From positions 128,001 to 192,000 of the forward strand of contig JBBILD010000005.1 of the NCBI GenBank assembly GCA_037445065.1: a DNA stretch of 64,000 nt, read 5' to 3'. This DNA comes from Myxococcales bacterium (GTDB taxonomy: Bacteria > Desulfobacterota > Binatia > HRBIN30). Numbering within the stretch: the first letter of the stretch is position 1; each line of letters begins with the position of its first letter. Both the position numbers and the translations under genes were made by a program. A model generated the notes under the pieces. The model had not been told where the DNA came from. It did no database searches and saw only the letters and a list, made by a program, of their open reading frames with translations. Below, piece after piece: positions 41,301-49,892 of this stretch.

Positions 41301-41453
41301 GCGTTGTCTCGCAGCGCCGGCGCGGAGATCCAGCGGCCGCTGGCCAGCGTGGTCATCGGCGGTGTGTTTTCTTCGATGATTCTCACGTTACTGGTTTTGC
41401 CCTCGCTGTATGAGTGGGTGGAGCAACGCAGGCAAGCGAAGGAGCAACGGTAA
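38373..41453 (+). CDS. Heavy-metal efflux RND transporter (CzcA/CusA family)
   Basis: EAFPDLT, ANLMSLGAIDFGLIVDGAVVMTEN, FMPKLDEG, GVAVLNG, RLKPVLMTA, AEIQRPLA. Confidence 0.96.
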   Translation: MGWLERLVARTFDHPALVWGAVLALIAFGLVSWRGLSVEAFPDLTNQQVVIATEAPGLAADDVAQWITFPIEAAVMGIPGTEQVRSTSKFGLSLVTVVFEDRVPIYFARQQVAERLNEVRGRLPAGFSPTLGPVATPFGEVYQYLVEGPLDPMARKTLQDWDVRLRLRSVAGVSEVNSWGGFSQCLEVTVDPRRLEAFQLPFDAVLAAVRNNNAAFGGGFLEHRAERLTLRGRGMLHGLKDLEQVVLHSHAGVPILLGDVAEIRTGAMPRHGAVTRDGQGETVSGMVILLKGENAAAATQRVKKRVAEINATLPSGVRIEPFYDQSEIIQRTSATVRKNLLEGCALVVLVLVVFLRDWRAALLVASVIPLALLCGFSSMFLFGISANLMSLGAIDFGLIVDGAVVMTENLVRRRTQHLGGEWRAVCRAAAAEVARPVTFGVLILFSAYLPILTLEGIAGKLYRPMALTVCSAILGALLLSLTAIPVAGQKLLARASLQDHEREAAWFLWLQTRYERILHWVLEHRRRVWAVALALVTSGLASLPFLGTDFMPKLDEGSILIQTRLMPSVSLEESVRFFTRVEKIVLSFPEVKRVVSKIGRPDIATEAMGVYEGDMYVLLQPEEKWQRRSKDELLDALAGALATIPGASFNFTQPMAMRLDEVISGIKGDVAVKIFGPDPKELQRLAQAVAQVLEQVPGVADLRAELISGARELSIALDRSAMARFGVSVEQVRAIVEAASGGTVVTEVLDGTRRFPVVVRLPAEYRREPQALAQLPLQAPGGERFLLGQIARIETSEAPEAVYREDGQRRIVVQANVRGRDLGSFVQEAHERIARSVSLPPGYYLRWGGQFENQERAMRRLAIVVPIALSAIALLLYNTFGNVRHALVVLVGIPFGLIGGIGALWVRGLHLNLAASVGFLALFGVAVLNGVVLISAINRLRAAGDSLRQATTRGASQRLKPVLMTALVAAFGFLPMALSRSAGAEIQRPLASVVIGGVFSSMILTLLVLPSLYEWVEQRRQAKEQR

Positions 41454-41510
41454 GTTGGCAGGCGAGGTGGATCGAGCGGGCTCCCGGCTGCACGCCTATT
41501 CCCGGTGACC

Positions 41511-43979
41511 ATGGCACCGCTTCACTCCCCTCAGTCGAGCCCGGAGCACCAGTACCCGGCGATTGTTCGGGTCGTTCTCCTACCTCCGCGCGGTCGGCTC
41601 GATCTCCTGGACTATGGCGTCCCCGCAGAACTTGCCGGACAAATCAAACCCGGCATGCGCGTGCTCGTCCCCCTCGGACCCCGGCACGTCGTGGGGCTTG
41701 TTGCCGAGCTTGTCAGCGAGAGCGAGGTCTCGCCACTGCGCCCAGTGGACGCACTGGTTGATCCAGATGGGCCGGTCCTCGATGGTGAGACGCTGGCTCT
41801 CTGCCGCTGGATGGCAGAGTATTACTTGGGGACCCTCGCCGGGGCGGTAGCCACTGCGCTGCCTCGTCCGCTCAAAGTACGACTGGAGCGGTACCTTGAG
41901 CGAGGTCCAGCCGCCGAGCAGCCTCTCAAAGGACCATTGGAAGACTTGCGTCTGCGGCTCGTCCCGCTGCTGCCCGCATCGTTTGCGACCCTACGCCGAG
42001 AAGTGCGGGCACTGGGCCTGCGCGAGTTGCGGGCACTCGCCCGCTCGAACGTAATCCTGATACGCGACCGCTTGCGCGCCGAGCCGCGTCGTTTCCTCCC
42101 TGGCGAGCGCCGCTATCAGGTCGCCCCGCTGTCGGCGGCGCAGGCTCCGGAGGCACTCGGCCGCAGCAAGGCGCTGCTTGCCGTGTTGGAGTATGTGCGC
42201 TCGCACCCTCTTGGCAGTGCCACGCACGAAGAACTCGAAGCCACCTTCCCCAATGCGAGTGCGAAGATCCAGCGCCTCTTGAAGGCGGGCCTGCTCTCCT
42301 GCACGACGGCCTGGCAGCCAGCCGTGACCGTATCGCAGCTCGAGGCGAAGAGCCCGCCCGCGCAGCTCAACCATGCGCAGCAAGCCGCTCTCGACGCCAT
42401 CGTTCAGAGTCTCGATCACGGTTTCCGGCCTTTCCTTCTCTGGGGAGTCACCGGGAGTGGCAAAACAGAAGTGTATCTGCGCGCAATCAGCGCCTGCCTC
42501 GCGCGAGGCCGCTCCGCCCTCGTACTGGTTCCCGAAATCTCGCTCACTCACCAACTCGCTCGCCAGCTCCAGGCCCGCTTCGGGGAACAGGTAGCCGTCC
42601 TGCACAGTGGTCTCTCCGATCAAGAACGGTGGCGGGAATGGAGGCGCGCTGCCTCCGGCAACGTGCGTGTGGTGGCCGGCGCCCGCTCTGCGGTATTCGC
42701 GCCCTTGCCGTCGCTCGGGCTGGTGGTCGTGGATGAGGAACACGACCCCGCCTACAAGCAGGAGGAAGGGCTCCGCTACCACGCTCGCGATGTTGCGGTG
42801 ATGCGCGCCAAGCTCAACCACTGCCCCGTCGTGCTGGTTTCCGCCACCCCCTCCCTCGAATCGTTCCACAATGCGCGCACCGGGCGCTACCGCCTGTTAT
42901 CTCTCCCCCAACGCGTGCAGCAGCGCCCCATGCCGCGCGTGGAAATCGTGGACCTCCGCGGCCGCGGCAGCGCGGCACGAGGTCTGCCCTTGAGCCGTAC
43001 GCTGATTGCTGCCTTGCGAGCGAATCTGGCTGCCGAGCAGCAGAGCCTGCTGTTTCTCAACCGCCGTGGCTTCGCTCGCGTGCTGCAGTGCGTGAGCTGC
43101 GGCGCTTCCTTCTCTTGCCCGAACTGTACCGTAAACCTCACCTACCACCGCCAGAGTTCGGCCTTGCGCTGCCACTACTGCAATTTCACGCGCCCCGTAC
43201 CGGAGCGCTGCCCCCAGTGCCACGCCGAGCAAATCGCTGCCTGGGGCGCAGGAACGGAACACTTGGAAACAGAACTAAAGCGAATCCTGGGTGGCGCGAA
43301 CGTAGCTCGCCTGGACCGCGACATCGCGGGGCGGCGCGGTGCCGTGGCGCGCCTGCTGGCGGATTGGGAGGCCGGCAGCCACGACGTCCTGGTCGGCACA
43401 CAAATGATTGCGAAAGGGCATGACGTGCACGGGGTCACGCTAGTCGGCGTGCTGCTCGCTGACCTCTCGCTCCATCTCCCGGACTTCCGCGCCAACGAGC
43501 GGACCTTCCAGTTGCTTGCCCAGGTGGCCGGTCGCGCCGGCCGCGGGGAACGACCCGGGAGGGTGATCGTGCAAACGTTTGTACCCGAACACCCTGTGCT
43601 GCGCTTCACCGTGGAGCACGACTATCAGGGGTTTGCGCTGAGTGAACTCGCCTTGCGCGCGGAGGCCCGCTACCCGCCCTTCACCCGTCTCGTTCTGCTG
43701 CGCTGCGAGGCCCAACAGCTCAAAGGGGCAGAACGCGCTGCAAAAGCCCTGGCCGAATTTTTGTGCGGGCAAGAAGCCAAAGGAGTCGAGGTGCTCGGCC
43801 CCAGTCCGGCTCCCTTGGAGCGGCTGCGCGGCTATTTTCGCTGGCACGTCCTCGTGCGCTCGGCGCACGGCCGGCGGGCGCGCGATCTCGTGCGCTTGGC
43901 CCTGCAGTCCGTTCGCCCGCAATTGGAGCGCAATAAGGTCCGGGTGGTCGTAGATGTGGATCCGCAGTCGACGCTTTGA
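41511..43979 (+). CDS. priA: Primosomal protein N'
   Basis: GVTGSGKTEVY, VDEEHD, LNRRGF, Zn-binding CxxC pairs, QVAGRAGR, DVDPQ. Confidence 0.97.
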   Translation: MAPLHSPQSSPEHQYPAIVRVVLLPPRGRLDLLDYGVPAELAGQIKPGMRVLVPLGPRHVVGLVAELVSESEVSPLRPVDALVDPDGPVLDGETLALCRWMAEYYLGTLAGAVATALPRPLKVRLERYLERGPAAEQPLKGPLEDLRLRLVPLLPASFATLRREVRALGLRELRALARSNVILIRDRLRAEPRRFLPGERRYQVAPLSAAQAPEALGRSKALLAVLEYVRSHPLGSATHEELEATFPNASAKIQRLLKAGLLSCTTAWQPAVTVSQLEAKSPPAQLNHAQQAALDAIVQSLDHGFRPFLLWGVTGSGKTEVYLRAISACLARGRSALVLVPEISLTHQLARQLQARFGEQVAVLHSGLSDQERWREWRRAASGNVRVVAGARSAVFAPLPSLGLVVVDEEHDPAYKQEEGLRYHARDVAVMRAKLNHCPVVLVSATPSLESFHNARTGRYRLLSLPQRVQQRPMPRVEIVDLRGRGSAARGLPLSRTLIAALRANLAAEQQSLLFLNRRGFARVLQCVSCGASFSCPNCTVNLTYHRQSSALRCHYCNFTRPVPERCPQCHAEQIAAWGAGTEHLETELKRILGGANVARLDRDIAGRRGAVARLLADWEAGSHDVLVGTQMIAKGHDVHGVTLVGVLLADLSLHLPDFRANERTFQLLAQVAGRAGRGERPGRVIVQTFVPEHPVLRFTVEHDYQGFALSELALRAEARYPPFTRLVLLRCEAQQLKGAERAAKALAEFLCGQEAKGVEVLGPSPAPLERLRGYFRWHVLVRSAHGRRARDLVRLALQSVRPQLERNKVRVVVDVDPQSTL

Positions 43980-44084
43980 GTGCTCCCCCACCTCCACAGA
44001 CGGGCCGAACTCGAGGACTTGTACGCGAGGAGCTGCGGAAGGCGCCCTTGATCTCGGACTACTGCCTTCCCTACGTTGGCGTGC

Positions 44085-44630
44085 ATGGCACGGCGAACCA
44101 TCCTGACATATCCCAGCGACGCCTTAGCAAGGCCGTCGCAACCAGTACGAAACATTGACGGCCGCATTGCCGAGCTGGCGGCGGACATGGCCGAAACCAT
44201 GTACGCTGCCCCAGGGATCGGCTTGGCCGCACCTCAGGTGGGAGTGAACGAGCGGGTGATTGTGGTGGACATTGGCACGGACGAGCCGGGCAAACAACTC
44301 ATCCAACTCGTCAACCCGCAAATTGTCGAGCGCGAAGGAACGATCGTATTCGAAGAGGGGTGCCTGAGCGTGCGCAACTTCACCGCCGAGGTGCAGCGGG
44401 CGCGCAAGGTGTTGGTGCGTGGCTGGACACTCGAAGAACGAGAGGTGGAAATCGAAGCAGACGGTCTGTTTGCCGTCGCCTTGCAGCATGAGATTGACCA
44501 TCTCGATGGCAAGCTGTTCATCGACCGCATCGGCCGCTTGCGGCGTGACCTCTATAAGCGCAAACTCAAACGCTGGCTCCGCGAAGGGTTCCCAGAGGAG
44601 CCACGAGAACGCTCGACCACCGGCCTGTGA
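44085..44630 (+). CDS. def: Peptide deformylase
   Basis: GIGLAAPQ, EGCLS, QHEIDHLDG. Confidence 0.97.
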   Translation: MARRTILTYPSDALARPSQPVRNIDGRIAELAADMAETMYAAPGIGLAAPQVGVNERVIVVDIGTDEPGKQLIQLVNPQIVEREGTIVFEEGCLSVRNFTAEVQRARKVLVRGWTLEEREVEIEADGLFAVALQHEIDHLDGKLFIDRIGRLRRDLYKRKLKRWLREGFPEEPRERSTTGL

Positions 44631-45595
44631 GTCGCCCGCCATCTGCGTGCGCCGAAACGCTGCCCAGGCGCGTCGTTTTTTTTGGCACCCCAGAATTCGC
44701 CGTACCCAGCCTGCAGGCGCTGCACCGCGCAGGGTACGAAATCGCACTGGTGGTCTCGCAGCCCGACAAGCCGGCTGGACGCGGACAAAAACTCGCTGCC
44801 ACGCCGGTTAAAGCCGCGGCTGGCTGTTTGCACCTCCCGGTCTTCCAGCCTCCCAGCTTGCGGAGCCCAGAGGTCGTCGCGCACTTAGCGCAATTCGGCG
44901 CCGATCTATTCGTGGTGGCGGCCTACGGAAAGATCTTTCCGCGATCGGTGCTGGAGCTGCCGCAAAGAGGCTGTGTCAACGTGCACGCCTCTCTGCTTCC
45001 GCGCTACCGAGGCGCAGCACCGATTCAGTGGGCGATCCTCAACGGAGACAGCGAAACCGGCGTCACTATTATGCTCATGACGGAGGAAATGGATGCTGGC
45101 CCAGTGCTTTTGCAGCGGCGCGTGTCAATCGGTGCAGAGGAGACGTACGGCGAGTTACAACAGCGCCTGGCTGTGCTTGGCGCCAGCGCCTTGCTCGAAG
45201 CGTTGGGCGGGTGGCTAGCGGGCAGCTTGCAGCCCCAGGAACAAGACCCCTCCCTGGTCACTTTCGCCCCACTCATCCGCAAGGAGCACGGGCGCATCTG
45301 GTGGACCTCCCCAGCGGAGTTCATTTGTCGGCAAGTCCGCGCCCTCCATCCTTGGCCGGGTGCCTTCTTTTTTTGGCGCGACCGCCTCATCAAAGTGCAC
45401 CGCGCTCGCGTCAGCGAGGAGGAGCGACCCGGACTTCCTGCTGGGGCGGTGATCATCGCCCGAGAGCGCCTCGTCGTGCAGACAGGTGCGGGCGCCACCG
45501 AGCTGCTCGAATTGCAAATGGAAGGGCGCCGGCGCCTGCCGGCCAAGGACTTCCTCGCTGGGCAAGGGCTCAGGCCAGGGGAGGTCTTGAACTAA
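44627..45595 (+). CDS. fmt: Methionyl-tRNA formyltransferase
   Basis: FFGTPEFA, QPDKPAGRG, NVHASLLPRYRGAAPIQ. Confidence 0.97.
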   Translation: MSRPPSACAETLPRRVVFFGTPEFAVPSLQALHRAGYEIALVVSQPDKPAGRGQKLAATPVKAAAGCLHLPVFQPPSLRSPEVVAHLAQFGADLFVVAAYGKIFPRSVLELPQRGCVNVHASLLPRYRGAAPIQWAILNGDSETGVTIMLMTEEMDAGPVLLQRRVSIGAEETYGELQQRLAVLGASALLEALGGWLAGSLQPQEQDPSLVTFAPLIRKEHGRIWWTSPAEFICRQVRALHPWPGAFFFWRDRLIKVHRARVSEEERPGLPAGAVIIARERLVVQTGAGATELLELQMEGRRRLPAKDFLAGQGLRPGEVLN

Positions 45596-45610
45596 CCGCG
45601 TTGACCGGGG

Positions 45611-47005
45611 ATGGAACGGAACGCGAGCAAGAACAGACCGGTACCCCAAGCCGATGCTCGCCGAGTCGCTTGGCGAATTCTGCAAGCGGTGGAGGAGGGC
45701 GGTTACGCCGACGCGCTGCTCGGCAACGAGTTCCGCCGCGGTCGCCTCGCCCGCCCGGATCGAGCCCTTGTCACGCGGCTGGTGTACGGCACCCTAGCCT
45801 ACCAACTCTACCTGGATCACCTCCTCGCCGGTTTCAGTGCCATTCCCTTGCATGAGCTGGAGCTACCCATCCGCGTGTTGTTGCGCATGGCGTTGTTCCA
45901 AGCCGTCAAACTCTCTCGGATTCCGCAGTTTGCCGCCGTAGCTACAGCGGTCGAACTCGCTAAATCCTATCGCCACGGAAAAGCGGTCGGTTTTGTGAAT
46001 GCGGTTCTTCGCCGCGCCGTAGAGGGCTGGCGCCACGTACCGCTACCGGCGCGGGACCGCGACCCGGCTGGCTATTTGTCCGTGCGCTGGTCGCACCCGC
46101 GCTGGCTCGTCCAACGATGGCTGGAAGAGTACGGCCCGGAGGAGACCGAAGCCCTGCTCGCTGCAAACAACGAGTCGGCACCGACCGGGCTCCGCGTCAA
46201 CCGCTTGCGCACTTCCCGCGCAGCGCTGGTTGCCCAATGGAAACCCGAGTGGGGAGAGCTGCGAGAATGCGGCTATTCGCCGGACGCTTTGGAACTTACG
46301 GGCGGCGACCCGCTCGCCCCACCACCATACGCTGCAGGAGATTACAGCGTACAGAGCGAGGCAGCACAACTGATCGGCTTTCTGGTCGGGCCGCGCCCGG
46401 GAGAGCGCATCCTCGACGCCTGTGCCGCACCGGGAGGGAAGACTTGCCAGTTGGCGGAACTCATGGGCGACGAGGGAGAAATCGTTGCCCTCGATGCCAA
46501 TCACCGCGGCGTCGAGCGGATTCGCACCGAAGCGGCGCGGCTCGGCCTCACTTCGGTTCGTGCCGAGTGCGCCGATGCGCGCTCCTGGCAGAGCGCCGGG
46601 ATGACCTTCCACCGCGTGCTCGTTGACGCTCCATGCTCCGGACTCGGCACGCTCCGCTCCCATCCGGAGATTCGCTGGCGCCGCTCGCCAGCGGACTTCC
46701 CATCGTTCGCTGCCCTCCAGCTCGAACTGCTCCACGCCTGCGCACGCTGGCTCGAGCCGGGCGGCACTCTCGTGTACGCCACCTGTACCCTGTGCCGTAG
46801 TGAGAACGAGGTAGTCGTCGAGCAGTTTCTCAGGGAGAGCGGACGCTTCGTCCTCGAGGACCCGCGGCCAGCTCTGCCGCCGCCGGCGCAAGGGCTCGTG
46901 GGGGCAGACGGCTTTCTCCGTACGTGGCCCCATCGCCACGGACTCGACGGCTTCTTTGCTGCGCGGTTGCGCCACCTCGGGGCTGGCGATATCGTGCGCA
47001 AGTGA
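45611..47005 (+). CDS. rsmB: 16S rRNA m5C967 methyltransferase
   Basis: NusB-like N-terminus; LDACAAPGGKT, VDAPCSGLG, YATCT. Confidence 0.95.
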   Translation: MERNASKNRPVPQADARRVAWRILQAVEEGGYADALLGNEFRRGRLARPDRALVTRLVYGTLAYQLYLDHLLAGFSAIPLHELELPIRVLLRMALFQAVKLSRIPQFAAVATAVELAKSYRHGKAVGFVNAVLRRAVEGWRHVPLPARDRDPAGYLSVRWSHPRWLVQRWLEEYGPEETEALLAANNESAPTGLRVNRLRTSRAALVAQWKPEWGELRECGYSPDALELTGGDPLAPPPYAAGDYSVQSEAAQLIGFLVGPRPGERILDACAAPGGKTCQLAELMGDEGEIVALDANHRGVERIRTEAARLGLTSVRAECADARSWQSAGMTFHRVLVDAPCSGLGTLRSHPEIRWRRSPADFPSFAALQLELLHACARWLEPGGTLVYATCTLCRSENEVVVEQFLRESGRFVLEDPRPALPPPAQGLVGADGFLRTWPHRHGLDGFFAARLRHLGAGDIVRK

Positions 47006-47697
47006 TCCGAATCGCCGCTTCCATTCTTTCAGCGGATTTCGCTCGCCTGGGAGAAGAAGTGCGTGCTGTCACTGCCGCCGGGGCAGACTGGATCCACCTC
47101 GACGTGATGGATGGTCACTTCGTACCCAATCTCACGATCGGTCCCGACGTAGTGCGCGCGGTGCGAAAAAACACCCACCTCCCGTTGGACACCCATCTCA
47201 TGATCGACAACCCCGGCGACTTTCTCGAACCCTTTGCGCGGGCCGGATCGAACTGGATCACCGTTCACATCGAAGTATGCCCGGAGCCCCGCGCGGTCAT
47301 CGCCGAGATGCGCCGCCTCGGTGTGCGGCCGGGACTCGTGATCAACCCCGAGACGCCCCTGGAAGCAGCTTTGCCGTTCCTGAGCCAAATTGACTTGCTC
47401 CTGTTGATGAGCGTGCACCCGGGCTTCGCAGCGCAAGCGTTCATCCCTTCCACACTGGACAAGATCAGCGCGGCCCAAGCCCACCGGGTACGCCACGGCC
47501 TTCAATTTCTCATCGAGGTGGACGGCGGGATCAAAGTAGAGAACGCGGCACAAGTCGCGGCCGCGGGCGCGGACGTGCTGGTTTCCGGTTCGGGAATTTT
47601 TTCCACCCAGGATTACACGGCCACCATTGGCGCCATGCGGGCAGCCGCGGCGGCAGCCCTGCGGACCGGCAGACAGGGGACCGAAGACGCGCCATAA
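47002..47697 (+). CDS. rpe: Ribulose-phosphate 3-epimerase
   Basis: SILSADF, HLDVMDGHFVPN, MSVHPGF, EVDGG. Confidence 0.97.
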   Translation: MIRIAASILSADFARLGEEVRAVTAAGADWIHLDVMDGHFVPNLTIGPDVVRAVRKNTHLPLDTHLMIDNPGDFLEPFARAGSNWITVHIEVCPEPRAVIAEMRRLGVRPGLVINPETPLEAALPFLSQIDLLLLMSVHPGFAAQAFIPSTLDKISAAQAHRVRHGLQFLIEVDGGIKVENAAQVAAAGADVLVSGSGIFSTQDYTATIGAMRAAAAAALRTGRQGTEDAP

Positions 47698-47780
47698 GGT
47701 CGGTTTGTTGCAAAATGACCGCCCTATGTTATCACCGCCGCCGTTTGTTTTGACCCGCTTCTCCAATTCCGAGTGCGTGC

Positions 47781-47857
47781 CGGGGTGTAGCTCAGACTGG
47801 TAGAGCGCACGGTTCGGGACCGTGAGGTCGCTGGTTCAAGTCCAGTCACCCCGACCA
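47781..47857 (+). tRNA. tRNA-Pro(CGG)
   Basis: CGGGGTG acceptor, CACGG-TTCGGGA-CCGTG anticodon arm, GGTTCAAGTCC, encoded CCA. Confidence 0.96.
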
Positions 47858-47884
47858 TTCTTTCGCCGAACGACGCCACGTCCA

Positions 47885-48970
47885 ATGTTCGTGTCGAGCC
47901 ACGAGAGAAAACGAGCCACGGGGCTGCTCGCCGTGGCAAGCAGGGCAATTTGGACGTGGCGTCGCTTTGCGGCGTGGCTGGTGGTTCTCGCCGTAGTCTG
48001 CCTGGTGGTCTTCTCGCCGTTCCCAGCAGCGCTCGCCACCACAGCCATCGTCACCGGCACGGAGTGGGTCTTCGTGCGCCGCGGACCAGGAAACCAGTTT
48101 CCGCCTTTTGCGCGGATTCCGAGCGGGAGTGCGGTCGAGGTACAAGAGGTCGAGGGCGAATGGGCGCGCATTGTAACGGCCAACGGGCAAGTCGGCTTCA
48201 TTCATAAAAAGTTTCTCTCCTTCCCCACCGGCGGACAGCAGCCAGCTCGCGGGAGCGAAACGCAAAGCCCGCTCGGCCCGCCTCCTTCCCCAACTGCACA
48301 CGTGGCGTTGCCAACACACCTGGTTCCTCCGCCACACAGTCCCGCCACCCTGCGTGCCCCGGCTACCACCGCAACTCGTCCCGGCACAGCCACACCGACG
48401 CGCACCCCGAGGCCGACGCGCACGTCCGTTCCGACGCGCACTCCAACCCTAACGCGTTCGCCGACCGTGACTCGTTCGCCAAGCCCAACGCGGTCGCGAA
48501 CGGCCACGCGCTCCCCAAGTCCCACGCGCACTCCCACGACCCCCGCCACGACGGCAACCTGGAGGCACGGCGAGGCGCCCCCACCGCCGGCCTCCCCTGA
48601 GGCCGAGCTTACTGCCTCACCGGTGCTTCGTGCCAGCGTGCAGGAACTAGAGGCGGAACTCCTGTCTCTCAAGCAAGAGCTCCTCGTGTGCCGGCAACAA
48701 AACAGCCACACACCGTCCCTTGCCAGTTGCCCGGAAGAACTCAAGCAAGAATTGGCGCGGCTGCGCGAACTGTTCGAAACAAAAGCGCGCGCCTCTACGG
48801 TCCCCCTTCCTCCCAATCCCGAGCCGGGGAGTGCTGCCAGCTCGGACGAGCACGCCGTCTCTCCCATGGCAATCCTCTTTGGCACCGTAGGTCTGATTTT
48901 TGGCTGGTGGGGCGGGATTCGCTACGCGCGCCGGCAGGAACGTGCTCGCCGTTCGCGCCTGCGCTTCTGA
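47885..48970 (+). CDS. SH3b domain protein with Pro/Thr-rich stalk, coiled coil and C-terminal TM anchor
   Basis: VRRGPG.QF...GEWARI...GQVGFI SH3b; TPTRTP repeats; TM followed by RRQERARR. Confidence 0.8.
   Translation: MFVSSHERKRATGLLAVASRAIWTWRRFAAWLVVLAVVCLVVFSPFPAALATTAIVTGTEWVFVRRGPGNQFPPFARIPSGSAVEVQEVEGEWARIVTANGQVGFIHKKFLSFPTGGQQPARGSETQSPLGPPPSPTAHVALPTHLVPPPHSPATLRAPATTATRPGTATPTRTPRPTRTSVPTRTPTLTRSPTVTRSPSPTRSRTATRSPSPTRTPTTPATTATWRHGEAPPPPASPEAELTASPVLRASVQELEAELLSLKQELLVCRQQNSHTPSLASCPEELKQELARLRELFETKARASTVPLPPNPEPGSAASSDEHAVSPMAILFGTVGLIFGWWGGIRYARRQERARRSRLRF
48380..48560 (+). repeat. Degenerate 18-bp (6-aa, S/T-P-T-R-T/S-x) coding tandem repeat
   Basis: TPTRTPRPTRTSVPTRTPTLTRSPTVTRSPSPTRSRTATRSPSPTRTP. 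Confidence 0.65.
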
Positions 48971-48976
48971 ACGGGC

Positions 48977-49591
48977 ATGGGCTGGATCCTTGTGTTCTGG
49001 CTCGCGCTTGCGTTCCTGTGCGGTAGCATTCCGTTTGGGTACTTGTTCGCTCGGGCGCGCGGCATTGACGTGCGGCGCATGGGCAGCGGCAATATCGGCG
49101 CTACCAACGTGGCACGCACGGCGGGCCGCGCCCTCGGGCTCTGGACCCTCGTTGCAGACTTAGCGAAAGGACTGCTCCCGACCCTCGCAGCGCGCCTCAG
49201 TTTCCCGCATGGCGAGTGGGCAGCATGGGTGGCGCTCGCCGCCGTCCTCGGTCATGTCTTTTCACCTTGGCTTCGCTTCCAGGGTGGCAAAGGCGTTGCC
49301 ACCGCGGCCGGGGGCATGGCGGTTGTGACGCCTAGCGCCACCGCCGGAGCAGTGGTGGTCTTTCTGCTCGTCGTCCTGCGCAGCCGCTACGTGTCGCTGG
49401 CCTCCCTGTGCGCGGCCCTCGCGCTACCCCTGCTGTGTATTCTCCTCCGCACTTCCGTGCACGCCTTTCTCGCAGCTGTCATCCTGGCCGCCCTCATCTT
49501 GTACCGCCACCGCGACAACTTGCAGCGCTTACTTTCGGGAACAGAGCCGAAACTTGGCCGGCCGGGACAAGCCGCAACGCCCGATAAGTGA
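48977..49591 (+). CDS. plsY: Glycerol-3-phosphate acyltransferase
   Basis: GSIPFG, GSGNIGATNVAR, GH.F..WLRFQGGKGVAT, RHRDNLQRL..GTE. Confidence 0.96.
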   Translation: MGWILVFWLALAFLCGSIPFGYLFARARGIDVRRMGSGNIGATNVARTAGRALGLWTLVADLAKGLLPTLAARLSFPHGEWAAWVALAAVLGHVFSPWLRFQGGKGVATAAGGMAVVTPSATAGAVVVFLLVVLRSRYVSLASLCAALALPLLCILLRTSVHAFLAAVILAALILYRHRDNLQRLLSGTEPKLGRPGQAATPDK

Positions 49592-49826
49592 ACGGGAGAC
49601 TGTGGCCGCTTTTTCCACCGAGGGCGCCATCAGAGAGCCTGCCGAGTGGCCAGGGAAGCAGCACCCGGCACCCTCCGAGGCTTTGCCGCGCTGTGGCTTC
49701 CCGCGCAAAGGCGTCGCGGAGCCCACTGACGGGAAAAAGGGCAATGCCTGCGCTTTAAGCAGCACGAGCAAGCGGGATCTCGCGACGCACGGCAGCTTCG
49801 CTGGCAACTCGTGTTTCGCCGCGTGT

Positions 49827-49842
49827 TGGCAACCATGTTGCA
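49827..49842 (+). promoter_or_regulatory. Sigma-54 (-24/-12) promoter of amtB-PII-glnA
   Basis: TGGCAACCATGTTGCA gives GG-N10-GC, about 50 bp upstream of the amtB ATG. Confidence 0.8.
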
Positions 49843-49892
49843 ACCTTATGGCCCTGTTTCCGTGCTCGATTGCTAGGAGGGATGAGATCGCC

